64,000 nucleotides of DNA from an uncultured Acidobacteriota bacterium (lineage in GTDB: Bacteria; Acidobacteriota; Thermoanaerobaculia; UBA5066; DATFVB01): assembly GCA_963813155.1 (NCBI GenBank), contig CAWEYG010000001.1:448001-512000 (forward strand), read 5' to 3'. Positions 30,801-41,549 of this stretch are shown one piece after another (within the stretch, counting starts at the first letter, position 1; each line of letters starts with the position of its first letter). Below the pieces are notes generated by a model, which worked only from the letters and a program-made list of their open reading frames with translations, searched no databases and was not told the DNA's origin. A program made the position numbers and the translations under genes.

Positions 30801-31793
30801 CCGCAGCCGCAGCTCTGGGTTTCGGTACAGCCGGCGACGCCCGGTTCTCCGCCCACGAGCGGCCGAGCGACGAGCGATGCCGACGGGAGGTACTCGATCG
30901 GCGGTCTTCACGACGGCGACTACCTCGTTCAAACTTTCGACTTCGGAAGCTACTCGGGCTCCTCCTCCCGTTCGCGGCCGGTCACCATCGCGGGAGACAC
31001 GACGCTCGACATCGATCTGCCCACGCTTTCTCTTTCCGGAGTCGTCGTCGAGCTGGGCTCGAGCGACCCGGTCCCGGGCGTCCTCGTCTCCTTAGACGAC
31101 GGCGCGTCGCCGAGCACGATGACTCAGCCTCAGACGACAACGGATTCGGGAGGCCGATTTCGGCTGGACGGACTGGGCAGCGGCGCGATGACGCTGTCCG
31201 CGACGAAACGAGAGTGGCAGACCTTCAGTCAGCCTCTGACGCTCGAGGACACCTCCCCGGAACTCACGATTCCCCTGTCGCGCGCGGAAGGCATCTCGAT
31301 TCATGCAGCCGACGGAAGGACCGGTCTTCCGCTCTCGACGCTCCAGGCGCTCTTCTTTTCCGACGCCGGCGCCGTCTCCTTCGTCGGTTCGGTCGCGCTC
31401 GACTCGACAGGCCGCGGCGAGATTCCTCAGCTGCCGCCCGGGCCATACTCGCCTACGTTTTCGCCGAAGGTTACGCGCCGCAGGCGCTCGGCTGCTCTGT
31501 CGATCCCGACGCCACCCTTGACCGTGACGCCGACGCCGGGAGGCGAGCTCGACGTTCGGTCGACGGACGCGGCAGCCGGGAGCGCTCGCGACCCTCACGA
31601 CCGCCGCCGGTTCGGCCTATCTCTGGAGCCCGTTCCGGCTCGACCCCGAAGTTTTCGCTGACGGGAGCGCTCACGGCCCGAAACCAACGTGGCCCCCGGA
31701 AGCTACACCCTGACGGTACAGTGGCCATCCGGGCCGAAGAACTATCCGCTTCAGGTCACCGAAGGGCGGACGACGGTCGTCGAGCTCCCCTGA
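27826..31793 (+). CDS. Large secreted carboxypeptidase-regulatory-like (beta-sandwich) repeat protein, frameshifted
   Basis: Repeated G.V.D..G.P..GA.V / T..DG.F units continuing across frames (indels near 29730, 30700, 31450-31600). Confidence 0.75.
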
Positions 31794-31796
31794 ACG

Positions 31797-32513
31797 TCAC
31801 TTCGGCATCTCGAACCGGGAGTCGGCGATCGGCGGGTTCACTTCGACTTTGTCGAACACGATGATCTGGGTGACCCGGCCCCCGACGCCCGATTCGATTC
31901 GAAACGGAAACTCCACCCCGCCGATCCGGCGGTAGTCCGTGAAAAACGATTCGTTCATCCTCTTCTGATCTCCCTCGCCGAGCTCTCCCTGCCACTGGAC
32001 CTTCCGAAAGTTTCGCGCGTCGAGATCCGTGTAGCGGACGATCCCGTTCGCGAGCGTGACTCGTATCCGAAAGGCCTCGCGGCCGCGGATCTTTTCCTTT
32101 CCCTCGACTTCGAGGCGGATGCCCCTCTCCTTCCAGCGCAGGAGCGGCCCGTCCATGTCGGCCTGCTCGGGCAGGTTCCGGGCCTGTTCGGCCGACATCT
32201 CGGCCGGTTTGCCTCCGCGCGAGGGGTCGATCATCCATCCCGTCGTGCCGTCGAACCCCTGGACGAACGTTCCCGCCGAGAAGCCGACCTCCGTCCGGAT
32301 CTTTCCCGGCCGTTTGAGCTCGACGACGAGCGGGACGGCGGCTTCCGACCCGAAAGAAATGCGCCCGGTCATCCGCTCGGTTCGAACAGCCCCGAGCTTC
32401 CCCGCTCCGCCGAGCGCGTCGACCCCTTTCCGGGCGATCTCGCCGATGCTCAATCCTCGCGCCGGGAGACCTCGGAGGACGAACGCAATCAGCACCAGCC
32501 GTGAAAACTTCAT
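31797..32513 (-). CDS. Secreted LolA-like-fold hypothetical protein
   Basis: ALGG, FDG..GW, DGPL, DYR...GV.FPF. Confidence 0.75.
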   Translation of the reverse strand: MKFSRLVLIAFVLRGLPARGLSIGEIARKGVDALGGAGKLGAVRTERMTGRISFGSEAAVPLVVELKRPGKIRTEVGFSAGTFVQGFDGTTGWMIDPSRGGKPAEMSAEQARNLPEQADMDGPLLRWKERGIRLEVEGKEKIRGREAFRIRVTLANGIVRYTDLDARNFRKVQWQGELGEGDQKRMNESFFTDYRRIGGVEFPFRIESGVGGRVTQIIVFDKVEVNPPIADSRFEMPK

Positions 32514-32604
32514 TCTTCTCTCTCCTCGCGCATTTCCTTGAACCGGGAGAATAACCCGCCCGGCGTCTTCCGATATCATCCTGGCGCAGCGGGAGGCCGC
32601 ATCG

Positions 32605-33051
32605 ATGGCGCTGATGGACCTGGGCACGACCAACCTGATGGAGACGGCGGCGAAGATGGGTCTCGCCTACGCGCTCGCTCTTCCGATCGGCTGGCAGAGG
32701 GAAAGCGAGCACCGCAGCGCCGGGATCCGGACGTTTCCGATCGTCGCGATGGCGAGCTGCGGCTACCTGCTGATCGCCGTCCAGGGCGGCGGCGGCACGG
32801 GCGACCTGCGGGCACTGCAGGGGTTGATGACGGGCATCGGGTTTGTCGGGGGCGGCGCGATCCTGCGGGAAGGCATGACGGTGCACGGCACCGCGACCGC
32901 CGCGAGCGTCTGGAACACGGGCGCGATCGGCGCCGCGGTCGCGTTCGGGCGGCTCGACATCGCGGTCGTCCTCTGCGTCCTCAATTTCCTCACGCTGCGA
33001 TACCTTCTGCCGGTCAAGGTCCGGCTCGACCGCGAAAAGGGTCCGGAGTAG
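32605..33051 (+). CDS. MgtC/SapB family protein
   Basis: IGWQRE, AGIRTF, TGIGFVGGGAI, GTATAASVW. Confidence 0.93.
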   Translation: MALMDLGTTNLMETAAKMGLAYALALPIGWQRESEHRSAGIRTFPIVAMASCGYLLIAVQGGGGTGDLRALQGLMTGIGFVGGGAILREGMTVHGTATAASVWNTGAIGAAVAFGRLDIAVVLCVLNFLTLRYLLPVKVRLDREKGPE

Positions 33052-33207
33052 TTCGCCGGGCGGGTGGCGCGGGGCGAGACCCCCTTTTGCCGCTCGCGAC
33101 GCAGGTGTAGCAAAGTCATTAGGCTCGCGGCGAGCGGAAAAGCGGGGCGAGTCCCGCGACAGGACCCGCCCCGGCCCCGTCCGGCCAGCGCACCCGGGTG
33201 CCCCGGG
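33052..33207 (-). repeat. Mosaic MITE-like element, copy C (reverse)
   Basis: Reverse complement of m1+m2, filling the gap between two convergent TAG stops. Confidence 0.8.
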
Positions 33208-34236
33208 CTACCGAGCCTCGAGCTTCTCGAGGAGCTCTGGCGACCAGAGCGCGAGTTTCTTCCCGGACTTCGAGTTGAGCTCCGCCGCGTCCCGGTCGTA
33301 GGCAGCGAGCAGCTTTCGCGGGTCCGCCATGCACGCAATGAGCGCCGCGCGCCCTTCGCGCCTCTCGACGACGACGGCCATCTCGTACCCGACCGTGTAC
33401 CACGGGCCCTGCTCCCCGAAGAACTTTATTCCGGCCGCGTCGATTTTTTCGCGCGAGTCGAGCTTCCCGTCCAGCGCGCCGAGAAAAAACGCCTCGAGCG
33501 CTTTCAGGTCGCGGTTGAAATTCGCCATGTCGCGGTCCCACCGCTCGCGGTCCTTCGCCGGGCTGGCCGCGTGGGGATGCATGTCCGGCGAGCCCGCCGC
33601 CGCGAGCATCGCGAACCCCTCGCCAAACGCGCCCAGCCACTCCCTCGCCGCCGCGAGGCGCGGCGGGCCGGACGCCGCTTTTTCGCCTTCCGTCACGCTC
33701 GCAAACCCGATGTGGTGGAGCTCGTGCGCGACCGTGTTCTCGAACTTCGCCGGCGCAACGGCGGGATCGAGGAAGAGAAAGATCGCCGGGTTCGTCGCGG
33801 TCTCGACGACGAAGCTGTTGCTCTTCGGCTTGATCACGGGGTAAACCGCGGCCCGAATCACCGCCTGGTCGGGCAGGTAGGCGAGCGCGCGCCGCGCCGC
33901 CGCGTTCAGGTCTGCCGCCTTCCACTTCGACAACGCCGACTCCAGCTCCGCCCGTCTCCGCGCGAGGTCCTCCGACAGGACGTATTTCTTGAAATCGTCG
34001 TCCGAAAAGCCGGCGTGAAACGATTCCTCCCGCCTTTTCAGCCGGACGTACGGCTCGCACTCGAAGAGACGTCGCCAGGAAGCGTCGGACACGGGCTTTC
34101 CGGCGGACCTTTCGTCGAGGATCGCGAGCACCGAGTCGGCCTCGCTCGTGTCGAGCCTCAGCGCAACGCGGTCGGCGGCCGGCGCCGCTGCCGAAACGCC
34201 GGCCGCGGCGAGGAACGAAAGAGCGAACATCTTCAT
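33208..34236 (-). CDS. Secreted putative Zn-dependent protease (DUF5700-like)
   Basis: HELHH, EG.A, YTVGY.M; signal peptide. Confidence 0.8.
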   Translation of the reverse strand: MKMFALSFLAAAGVSAAAPAADRVALRLDTSEADSVLAILDERSAGKPVSDASWRRLFECEPYVRLKRREESFHAGFSDDDFKKYVLSEDLARRRAELESALSKWKAADLNAAARRALAYLPDQAVIRAAVYPVIKPKSNSFVVETATNPAIFLFLDPAVAPAKFENTVAHELHHIGFASVTEGEKAASGPPRLAAAREWLGAFGEGFAMLAAAGSPDMHPHAASPAKDRERWDRDMANFNRDLKALEAFFLGALDGKLDSREKIDAAGIKFFGEQGPWYTVGYEMAVVVERREGRAALIACMADPRKLLAAYDRDAAELNSKSGKKLALWSPELLEKLEAR

Positions 34237-34259
34237 CTGAGGGAACCCTCCGGAAGGGA

Positions 34260-34284
34260 GACGCTCCCCCGGCGGCAGGGTTTC
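34260..34284 (-). promoter_or_regulatory. ECF-type promoter
   Basis: GAAAC-N16-CGTC. Confidence 0.5.
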
Positions 34285-34313
34285 GCCGCCGGGGGGTCCG
34301 CCCCGCGGGAGAC

Positions 34314-34922
34314 CTACTTTTTCCGCGTGTAGACGATCTCGAGGTCCTTGAACATCTTTCCGTCGGGCCCCCCCATCCACATCTCGTAGCGCATGTGATC
34401 GCCGTCGATCATCGACATCCGGCCTTTCATGGGAGTCGGCTTGCCCGTCATGAAGTCGTCCATGTTCCCCGTCTCGGTCAGCGACCCGTCCGCGTCCCAT
34501 CCTCCGGTCATGACGAGCATGCCGGTGCCGAACGTGTCCATCCATACCGTCTGCGTCGTCTTCTTCGCGTTGTCGTATCCGGAGACCCCGAAGCCGTTGA
34601 ACGGCTGCCCCATCATCGAGCCGGAGAAAGACTGCGTCAGGTAGCGCCCGCCGAGGATCATCTTGAACTCCGCCGTGGCCATCGATTCCGACGCGGGCGC
34701 GCCGGGCGCCATCCACTGGCTCACCTTCGCCGTCCAGGATCCTTCGTTTCCAGCCATCTTCTTGTGGGCGTCGCCGGGCGTCGCGTACTTCGCCCAGGCC
34801 TCCATCATCGCTTTGTCGTCGCCGGACGCCGGGGCGGCGGGCTTCTTGTCGTCGGCCGCCGAAAAGCGCGCGAAGGACGCGCAGAGAGCCAGACCCAGGA
34901 CCGTGAGAAATCGTCGGTTCAT
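34314..34922 (-). CDS. DUF1579 family secreted protein
   Basis: TPG..H, G.W, ILGGRYL, GYDN, WMD..GT. Confidence 0.88.
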   Translation of the reverse strand: MNRRFLTVLGLALCASFARFSAADDKKPAAPASGDDKAMMEAWAKYATPGDAHKKMAGNEGSWTAKVSQWMAPGAPASESMATAEFKMILGGRYLTQSFSGSMMGQPFNGFGVSGYDNAKKTTQTVWMDTFGTGMLVMTGGWDADGSLTETGNMDDFMTGKPTPMKGRMSMIDGDHMRYEMWMGGPDGKMFKDLEIVYTRKK

Positions 34923-35088
34923 GAACTCCGTTCCTTTCTCGCCGAAGGCGAAAGAGAGATTTTGCGCGAAGTCTGCCCGATCGGCACGAGACAAATCAAG
35001 CCTTTCGCGCTCCCTGGAACGCGGGCCGGCCGCCGTCATAGAATGGCGGGCTTGACCGGACACCCGACACGATGAAAGGAGCCTCCTC

Positions 35089-37286
35089 ATGTCCAGCCGC
35101 CGGTCCGCCCTGGCCGCCTGCTTTCTTCTCCTGGTTCCGGCCTTGAGCTTCGCCACCGAATCTTCCGCGCCGGCGACGGCGGCAGCCGGGAACCCGCTGC
35201 TCGCGAAATGGACCGGCCCCTACGGCGGCGTCCCGCCGTTCGACAAGGTCAAGGTCGCCGACTTCAAGCCCGCGCTCGAGGCGGCGATGGCCGAGAACCT
35301 GGCCGAGATCGACGCGATCGCGAACAACCCGGCGACGCCGAACTTCGAGAACACGATCGCCGCCCTCGAGCGCGCCGGAAAGCCGTTCGAGCGCGTCTCG
35401 ACGATCTACGGCATCTTCCGCTCGACGATGAGCTCGGACGACTTCCAGACGGTCGAGCGGAGATGGCGCCGAAGCTCGCGGCCTTCGACGACCAGATCGT
35501 CCAGAACGAGAAGCTCTTCGCGCGCATCAGCGCGGTCTACGACGCCCGCGAATCGAGCGGGCTCACGCCCGAGCAGAAGCGGCTCGTCTGGCTCGACTAC
35601 ACGCAGCTTCGTCCGCGCCGGCGCGAAGCTCGAGCGGCGCGGCGAAGAAGCGCGTGGCGGAGATCAACCAGCGCCTCGCGACGCTCTTCACGAAGTTCAG
35701 CCAGAACGTGCTCGCCGACGAGAAAGACTACGTCGCTCTTCCTCGACAGGGAGGCCGACCTCGCCGGCCTGCCCGAGTCCGTCGCGGGCCGGCGCGGCCG
35801 CCGCCGCCGAGACGCGCGGGCACAAGGGCAAGTGGGCGATCCTGAACACGCGCTCCAGCATGGAGCCGTTCCTGACGTACTCCGACCGCCGCGACCTGCG
35901 CGAGAAGGTCTGGCGGACCTTCTACAACCGCGGCGACAACGGCGACGCGCACGACAACAACACGATCATCACGGAGATCCTGAAGCTGCGCGCCGAGCGG
36001 GCCAAGCTGCTCGGCTACGCGACCCACGCCCACTGGCGGCTCGAGAACAGCATGGCGAAGACGCCCGAGCGCGCGATGGAGCTGATGGAGGCGGTCTGGA
36101 AGCCCGCGGTCGCGCGCGTCCACGAGGAGGTCGCCGACATGCAGGCGATCGCCGACGCAGCGGCGCGAAGGCGGCGCGAAGATCACGATCGAGCCCTGGG
36201 ACTACCGCTACTACGCCGAGAAGGTCCGCAAGGCGAAGTACGACCTCGACCAGAACGAGGTCAAGCCGTACCTGCAGCTCGAGAAGCTGCGCGAGGCGAT
36301 GTTCTGGGTCGCGGGCGAGCTCTTCGGGCTTCGCAGTTCACGCCCGTCGACAGACGTGCCGGTCGTACCACCCGGACGTGCGCGTCTGGGAGGTGACCGA
36401 CGCCGCCGGCAAGCACGTCGGCCTCTGGTACTTCGACCCGTACGCGCGGCCCGGCAAGCAGCTCGGGCGCCTGGATGAACGCCTACCGCGCCCAGGAGCG
36501 CTTCGACGGCGAGGTCACGACGATCGTCTCCAACAACGCGAACTTCGTGAAGGGCAAGCCGGGCGAGCCGGTCCTGATCAGCTGGGACGACGCCGACGAC
36601 GCTGTTCCACGAGTTCGGCCACGCGCTGCACGGCCTCCTGTCCGACGTGACCTACCCGTCGCTGTCGGGCACGACGGTCGCGCGCGACTACGTGGAGTTC
36701 CCGTCGCAGCTCCTCGAGCACTGGCTCGCGACGCCCGAGGTGCTGAACCGCTTCGCGCTGCAACGTACCAGACGGGCAAGCCGATCCCGAAGGAGCTCGT
36801 GGAGAAGATCGAGAAGGCGTCGACGTTCAACCAGGGCTTCGCGACCGTCGAGTACCTGTCGACGGCGCTCGTCGACATGAAGCTGCACCTCGCCGGCGAC
36901 GCCGACAAGACGATCGACCCGCACGCGTTCGAGCGCGAGACGCTCGCCGCGCTCGGCATGCCGACGGAGATCGTCGATGCGCCACCGCACGCCGCAGTTC
37001 GCGCACATCTTCTCGAGCGACGGCTACTCGGCCGGCTACTACAGCTACCTCTGGGCCGACACGCTGTCCGCCGACGCCTTCGAGGCGTTCACCGAGGCCG
37101 GCGGCCCCTACGACAAGGCCGTCGCGCAAGCGGCTGCGCGAGAACGTCTTCTCCGTCGGCAACACGGTCGACCCGGCCGACGCTTACCGCGCGTTCCGCG
37201 GGCGCGACCCGGGAATCGCCGCGCTGATGCGCAAGCGCGGGTTTCCGGTGCCCGCAGCCGCGCCGGCCTCGGGCGGGGCTCCCTAG
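35089..37286 (+). CDS. dcp: M3 family peptidyl-dipeptidase Dcp-like, with many indels
   Basis: [49 protein letters not shown] spread over shifting frames. Confidence 0.85.
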
Positions 37287-37290
37287 AAGA

Positions 37291-37800
37291 CTACCGGCCG
37301 CTAGCGAAGAGGCGGACCTCCTCGGGATCGTTCGGAAGGCGGATCCGGCGCTCGAAGCGCAGCCCGAGCTTCTCGAGCACCTTCACGGAGCGCTCGTTGT
37401 CGAGCGACGTGATCGCGAGAATGCGCGAGAAGCCCAGGACGTCCCGGCCATAGGCCACCGCCGCGGCCGCGGATTCGTACGCGAAACCTTTGCCCCGGAA
37501 GGCGGGGAGAAACGCGAACCCGACGTCGACGTCGTCGAGAGTGTCTCTCTTGAGCAGCCCGCAGATTCCCGCCGGCTTTCCGCTCTCCTTTACCTCCACG
37601 AGACACAGGCCGATGCCGAGGCGCTCGTACATGTCCATCGGGCCCTTCCGGATGTAAGCCTGTGCTTCCTCGGTCGTTCGCACGCCGCGGTCGCCGATGA
37701 ATCGCAGCCAGTCGGGGTCGTTCAGGAGCTCGAGGATGAACTCCGCGTCGTCCGGCGTCAGCCGGCGAAGGATGAGTCGATCCGTTTCGAGGCGCCGCAT
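37291..37800 (-). CDS. GNAT acetyltransferase
   Basis: [23 protein letters not shown]...GKGFA.E. Confidence 0.92.
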   Translation of the reverse strand: MRRLETDRLILRRLTPDDAEFILELLNDPDWLRFIGDRGVRTTEEAQAYIRKGPMDMYERLGIGLCLVEVKESGKPAGICGLLKRDTLDDVDVGFAFLPAFRGKGFAYESAAAAVAYGRDVLGFSRILAITSLDNERSVKVLEKLGLRFERRIRLPNDPEEVRLFASGR

Positions 37801-37846
37801 GGGAAGCGTCCCGACTCTATCCGAGGACCCGTGCGAAAATCCCCCC

Positions 37847-38341
37847 ATGGCGAACGAAGCGAATAAACCGAATGAACCGATGGAAGTCTTGCTCGACGAG
37901 CTCGAAGCGATGCCGTCCCTGCTCGAACGTCGGGCGGCGGAGTGTCCGCCCGAAGCGCTCCGGCGAAAACCCGCCGAAGGGGAATTCTCGTTTCTCGAGA
38001 ACGTGTGGCACCTCGCCGACCTGGAGCGCGAAGGGTTCGGAACGAGGATCCGGCGCCTCCGCAGCGAGGAAGGGCCCCGGCTTCCCGACTTCGACGGCGC
38101 GGGCACCGCGCGGGCGCGGGACTACAACCGACTCGACCTCGCGCGGGGGCTCGCGGCCTTCGCCGAGTCCCGGAGGGAGAACCTCGCCGCCCTCCGGAGC
38201 CTCGGCCCGGCCGACTGGGACCGGGCCGGCTCGCAGGAGGGCGTGGGCCCGATTCGGCTGCGCGACGTGCCTCACATGATGCGAGAGCACGACGCCTCCC
38301 ACCGTAAGGAGATCGAGGAGCTGTTCTCTACGATTCGATGA
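37847..38341 (+). CDS. DinB family protein
   Basis: FS..E.VWHL.D.E...HD.SH. Confidence 0.85.
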   Translation: MANEANKPNEPMEVLLDELEAMPSLLERRAAECPPEALRRKPAEGEFSFLENVWHLADLEREGFGTRIRRLRSEEGPRLPDFDGAGTARARDYNRLDLARGLAAFAESRRENLAALRSLGPADWDRAGSQEGVGPIRLRDVPHMMREHDASHRKEIEELFSTIR

Positions 38342-38747
38342 CCGACAGGAAGTTCCCCGCCGGGTCCTTGAACCAGGCGATCTTCATGCCGTGGCCCCGG
38401 GCGATTCCCTTCTCGTCGGTCTTCATCTCGCCGTCCCGGTAGACCTCGAAGCGAGCGCCCCGTTTTGTGAGCTCCGCGACGGTCTCGTCGATATCGCCGA
38501 TCGGAAAATTGAGGATCGTGAACGTCGCGGGAACGTGGTTTCCCTTCGGGTACACGAAGACCGGCGAGCAGCCGGAAATGTTCAATTCCAGCCCCTCTTT
38601 CTTTTCGACGACGTCCAGCCCGAGCGTCTCGTGGTAGAACTTCGCCGCCTTCTTCAGGTCGTTGACGGAGAAGCTGGAAAACGCCCGCGTGTTCTTGAAC
38701 ATTTCGGTTTTCGTTTCGACTTCCTGTTCGGCTGTGGCCTTCATCAT
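38328..38747 (-). CDS. VOC/glyoxalase family protein
   Basis: FSV.D...A..FY...LGL, AWFKDPAGN. Confidence 0.9.
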   Translation of the reverse strand: MMKATAEQEVETKTEMFKNTRAFSSFSVNDLKKAAKFYHETLGLDVVEKKEGLELNISGCSPVFVYPKGNHVPATFTILNFPIGDIDETVAELTKRGARFEVYRDGEMKTDEKGIARGHGMKIAWFKDPAGNFLSVIES

Positions 38748-38759
38748 TCCTCCGTGATT

Positions 38760-39116
38760 TCAATCCGTTTCGAGCGTGCCCGTGAGCGGGTACCACTCCT
38801 TCTGGTTCGACGCGATGCCGAAGCATTTCTGCGTCTCGAAATTCAGTGCGACCGTCAGCGTGTAGCCGGAGTCCGACAAATACGACACGAGATGCGCGGC
38901 GGGTGCGATCTCGAAAGAGGCGTACCTCGCGCCGGCGGCGTCCCCGCCTTTCTCGCTCTTCGCGTCTTTTTTCGAGACATCTCGCCACACCACCCGGCCG
39001 TCCGGGCGAAACGTGTGCTCGTAAGTCGTTCCGGCGGTTGGACCTTCATCGAACCTCCAGCGGAGCGTCATCCCCGCGAGAGACTTCGAAACCTCCAGCT
39101 CGGCGGTTGCTCGCAT
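38760..39116 (-). CDS. MoaF-N-like small beta-barrel protein
   Basis: GPTAG..YEH.F, VSYL..SGYTLTV.LNF, ASN..W. Confidence 0.65.
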   Translation of the reverse strand: MRATAELEVSKSLAGMTLRWRFDEGPTAGTTYEHTFRPDGRVVWRDVSKKDAKSEKGGDAAGARYASFEIAPAAHLVSYLSDSGYTLTVALNFETQKCFGIASNQKEWYPLTGTLETD

Positions 39117-39174
39117 GATTTCACCTCCCTCTCGAGAGGCGTGCAAGACTCGTTCCGGATCGGAGGGCGACGCG

Positions 39175-39237
39175 TTGCTTCGCTGCGCTCGATTCGCGGC
39201 TACAGCCCGTAGCGGCGCTCCCGGGACGAGCGAATAC
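39175..39237 (+). repeat. Short degenerate mosaic element, copy H
   Basis: GCTTCGCT left end, CAGCCCGTAGCGGCGCTC (start of m3), GGGACGAGCGAA right end. Confidence 0.5.
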
Positions 39238-39915
39238 TCATTCCCGGAGCCCGGGAGCAGGTTCGGTGCAGCCGCGGCCGCCCACGAGACTCGCTTCGTC
39301 CCCGACCGCGATCTCCCCGCCTTCCAGCACGAAACAGTTCAAGGCGAGCTGTCCGCCGAACCGGCGATAGATGTCGCGCGTGATCGAAGCGTCCTGCGCG
39401 AGCGTGTCGGGGTCGAACGACGTCATGATGCACCGCAGACGCAGGTCCTGAACGCCGATCCGGACGCTTCCGATTCGAAGGCACCGTCCCGGCCACTCGC
39501 GCTCGGCGAGGCCGTCGACGCCCCCGATCACGATGTTGGGCCTCAGGCGGCGCCCGTCCTGCCCGAACGCGGCGATCGCGCCGTCCGTCGCGACGAGCAG
39601 CGGCAGCACGTCGAACCGCTCCGCGCCCTCGAACCGCACGAGCGTCGAGCCTTTCCCCGCGATCTTCGCGACGTCGGCGGCGACCGGCGCGCTCTTCCAG
39701 GGCCGTCCGTCGACGAGCGGCTCCCCGCCGGGCCCGAGCGTCCCTCGGTGGCCCAGGAAAAGCGGATGCGTGCGCGACGTGATCACACGACCCAGGGCAT
39801 CTTCCACGTGGACGATACGGTCACCCTCGATGCCCAGCGCCCCGACTCGCGCGCGGTCGAGCCGCTCTCCCGCCATCGTCTTGACGGGGTATCGCCAGAT
39901 CTCGGTGACCTTCAT
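39238..39915 (-). CDS. MOSC domain protein
   Basis: IWRYPVK.M.GE, GDR, RRLRPNIV, RC.MT..DP. Confidence 0.9.
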   Translation of the reverse strand: MKVTEIWRYPVKTMAGERLDRARVGALGIEGDRIVHVEDALGRVITSRTHPLFLGHRGTLGPGGEPLVDGRPWKSAPVAADVAKIAGKGSTLVRFEGAERFDVLPLLVATDGAIAAFGQDGRRLRPNIVIGGVDGLAEREWPGRCLRIGSVRIGVQDLRLRCIMTSFDPDTLAQDASITRDIYRRFGGQLALNCFVLEGGEIAVGDEASLVGGRGCTEPAPGLRE

Positions 39916-39938
39916 GCGCCGGCAATCGTACCCGGAAC

Positions 39939-40324
39939 AGGGCTTCGCTCGGCCCGCTCGGTCCAGCCCCAGCGCCGGCTCGGCAAGCGGGTCCTGTCGC
40001 GGGACTCGCCCCACTTTTCCGCTCGCTGCGTTCTAAGGCCTTTGCGACGACTCCGGCCGCGAGCGGCAAAAGGGGTCTGCCCCGCGCCACCCGCCCTTCT
40101 AGCCCGGCGCTTCAACCTCGCTCAGCTCCTCTGGCGAAGGGAGTGGCCAGGATGGAGCGGTGCGAGGCGGTCTGCGCCGAAAGGTGGTTCGAGCTGGAGG
40201 CGCAACTGGAAGGCTCCTGTTCCCTCAGCGAGCGAGGCCGAGCGAATCCCGAAGGCGCGAGCCTCTTCGAGGGAGGCGCCGAAGACCCGCGGGGTCTTGC
40301 GCTCTCGGGCCGAGCGAGCCCCTA
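39939..40324 (+). repeat. Mosaic MITE-like element, copy D
   Basis: AGGGCTTCGCTCGGCCCG ... CGGGCCGAGCGAGCCCCTA; modules m1, m2, m4. Confidence 0.82.
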
Positions 40325-41422
40325 CTTCCCCAGCTCCTTCAGCGCCTCGGCGGCCCGCTTGTTCTTCGGGTCGAGCGCGACGGCGCGCTCGAAGGCGGCG
40401 CGGGCTTCCGCGGGCTTGCCGGACGTCTTCAGCGCGCGCCCGAGCCCGAACGCCGCGCCGGAAGACTTCGGATACGCGGCCGCGTTCGCTTCGAGAAGCG
40501 CGACGGCGGAAACGGAGTCGCCCATCTTCAGCATCTGGTAGCCGATCGCCTGGATGCCGGCGTCCGTATCGACCTCCGGATAGGCCCGCCGAAATCCACG
40601 GTAGCTCCACATCACGGCCTCCCGGTCGGCGCGCTCCGCGAAGAGCTTCTCGAGAAGGGTCTGCAGCGCCGTTCGCGAAAAGTTCGGCGGAGAGAACACG
40701 GAGGGATCCAGTTTCTCGTTTACCGTGATCGAGCCCCATTTCATCTCGTTCAGGACCCGGCCGCTCGCAATCTCGACTTCGCGGGAAGAGAACGCGAAGA
40801 GCACTCCCTCGACCGGCCGATAGTCGAAGAAACGCTCCTCCGACGCGACGGAATTTCCAAACGCGTGGATCGGCGCGACTTTTCGCTCCGCGATCAGCAG
40901 CCAGCTCTCCGAATCGATCAGCTCGTCCTGCTCGAACCCGTCCATCATCCGGACGCGAAGCCGGTAAGCGTCGCGGTCGCCGACTTTTTCCCTGCCGATC
41001 AGCGTCACGGACGAGCCCTTTTGCTCGAAATCCGCGAGCGGGCCGTCGATCTCCAGGCCGTGCCTCGACGCCGCGGACGCCGCGCCGACGGTGCGCATCA
41101 CGATTCCGGGGTCGCCGTAGAACTCCCACGCGCTGCCGTCATAGCCTTCCGCGAATTCCGGGTCCGGCTTCGCCGGGTCGCCGACGAGCTTGTAGAACGG
41201 ACGCATGATCGCCATCGTGGCGTTCCCATTGACTTCGCTTCCTTCCCGGTATTCCCCGCGGTAGACAGCCGTTCGAAGATTGCGAAGCCTCTCCGCTCCC
41301 CCGCGCGCATCCACGTACCGGTCGACGATCCCCTTCGCCGTGGGGGTCGCGGCGCCGGCCGCGCGAACCGAAAGACACAGACCCAGAGCGCATCCGAATG
41401 CTCGAATGGACATGAATTTCAC
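40322..41422 (-). CDS. Secreted LolA-like-fold protein with C-terminal TPR
   Basis: ARGG, GYDG..W, DGPL, DYR.V.GV; TPR-like tail. GTAAC-N17-CGTC upstream. Confidence 0.8.
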   Translation of the reverse strand: MKFMSIRAFGCALGLCLSVRAAGAATPTAKGIVDRYVDARGGAERLRNLRTAVYRGEYREGSEVNGNATMAIMRPFYKLVGDPAKPDPEFAEGYDGSAWEFYGDPGIVMRTVGAASAASRHGLEIDGPLADFEQKGSSVTLIGREKVGDRDAYRLRVRMMDGFEQDELIDSESWLLIAERKVAPIHAFGNSVASEERFFDYRPVEGVLFAFSSREVEIASGRVLNEMKWGSITVNEKLDPSVFSPPNFSRTALQTLLEKLFAERADREAVMWSYRGFRRAYPEVDTDAGIQAIGYQMLKMGDSVSAVALLEANAAAYPKSSGAAFGLGRALKTSGKPAEARAAFERAVALDPKNKRAAEALKELGK

Positions 41423-41549
41423 CGCCTTTGCTGTCCGTAGGACGGAGGTGACCAGGGAAAGGTTACGGCGCGAGCCGTTCGCGCTTTCTTAAGGAGATGT
41501 TAAGCGGCGGCCCTCCCGGGCGAGTTTCGGGAGATGCTAGCCGTTACGA

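Noticed and set aside
27826-31793. Frameshifts as programmed recoding or phase variation (also 46530, 56400, 58250, 62570)
   Set aside because: No consistent slippery sites or SSR tracts; scattered single indels fit sequencing error.
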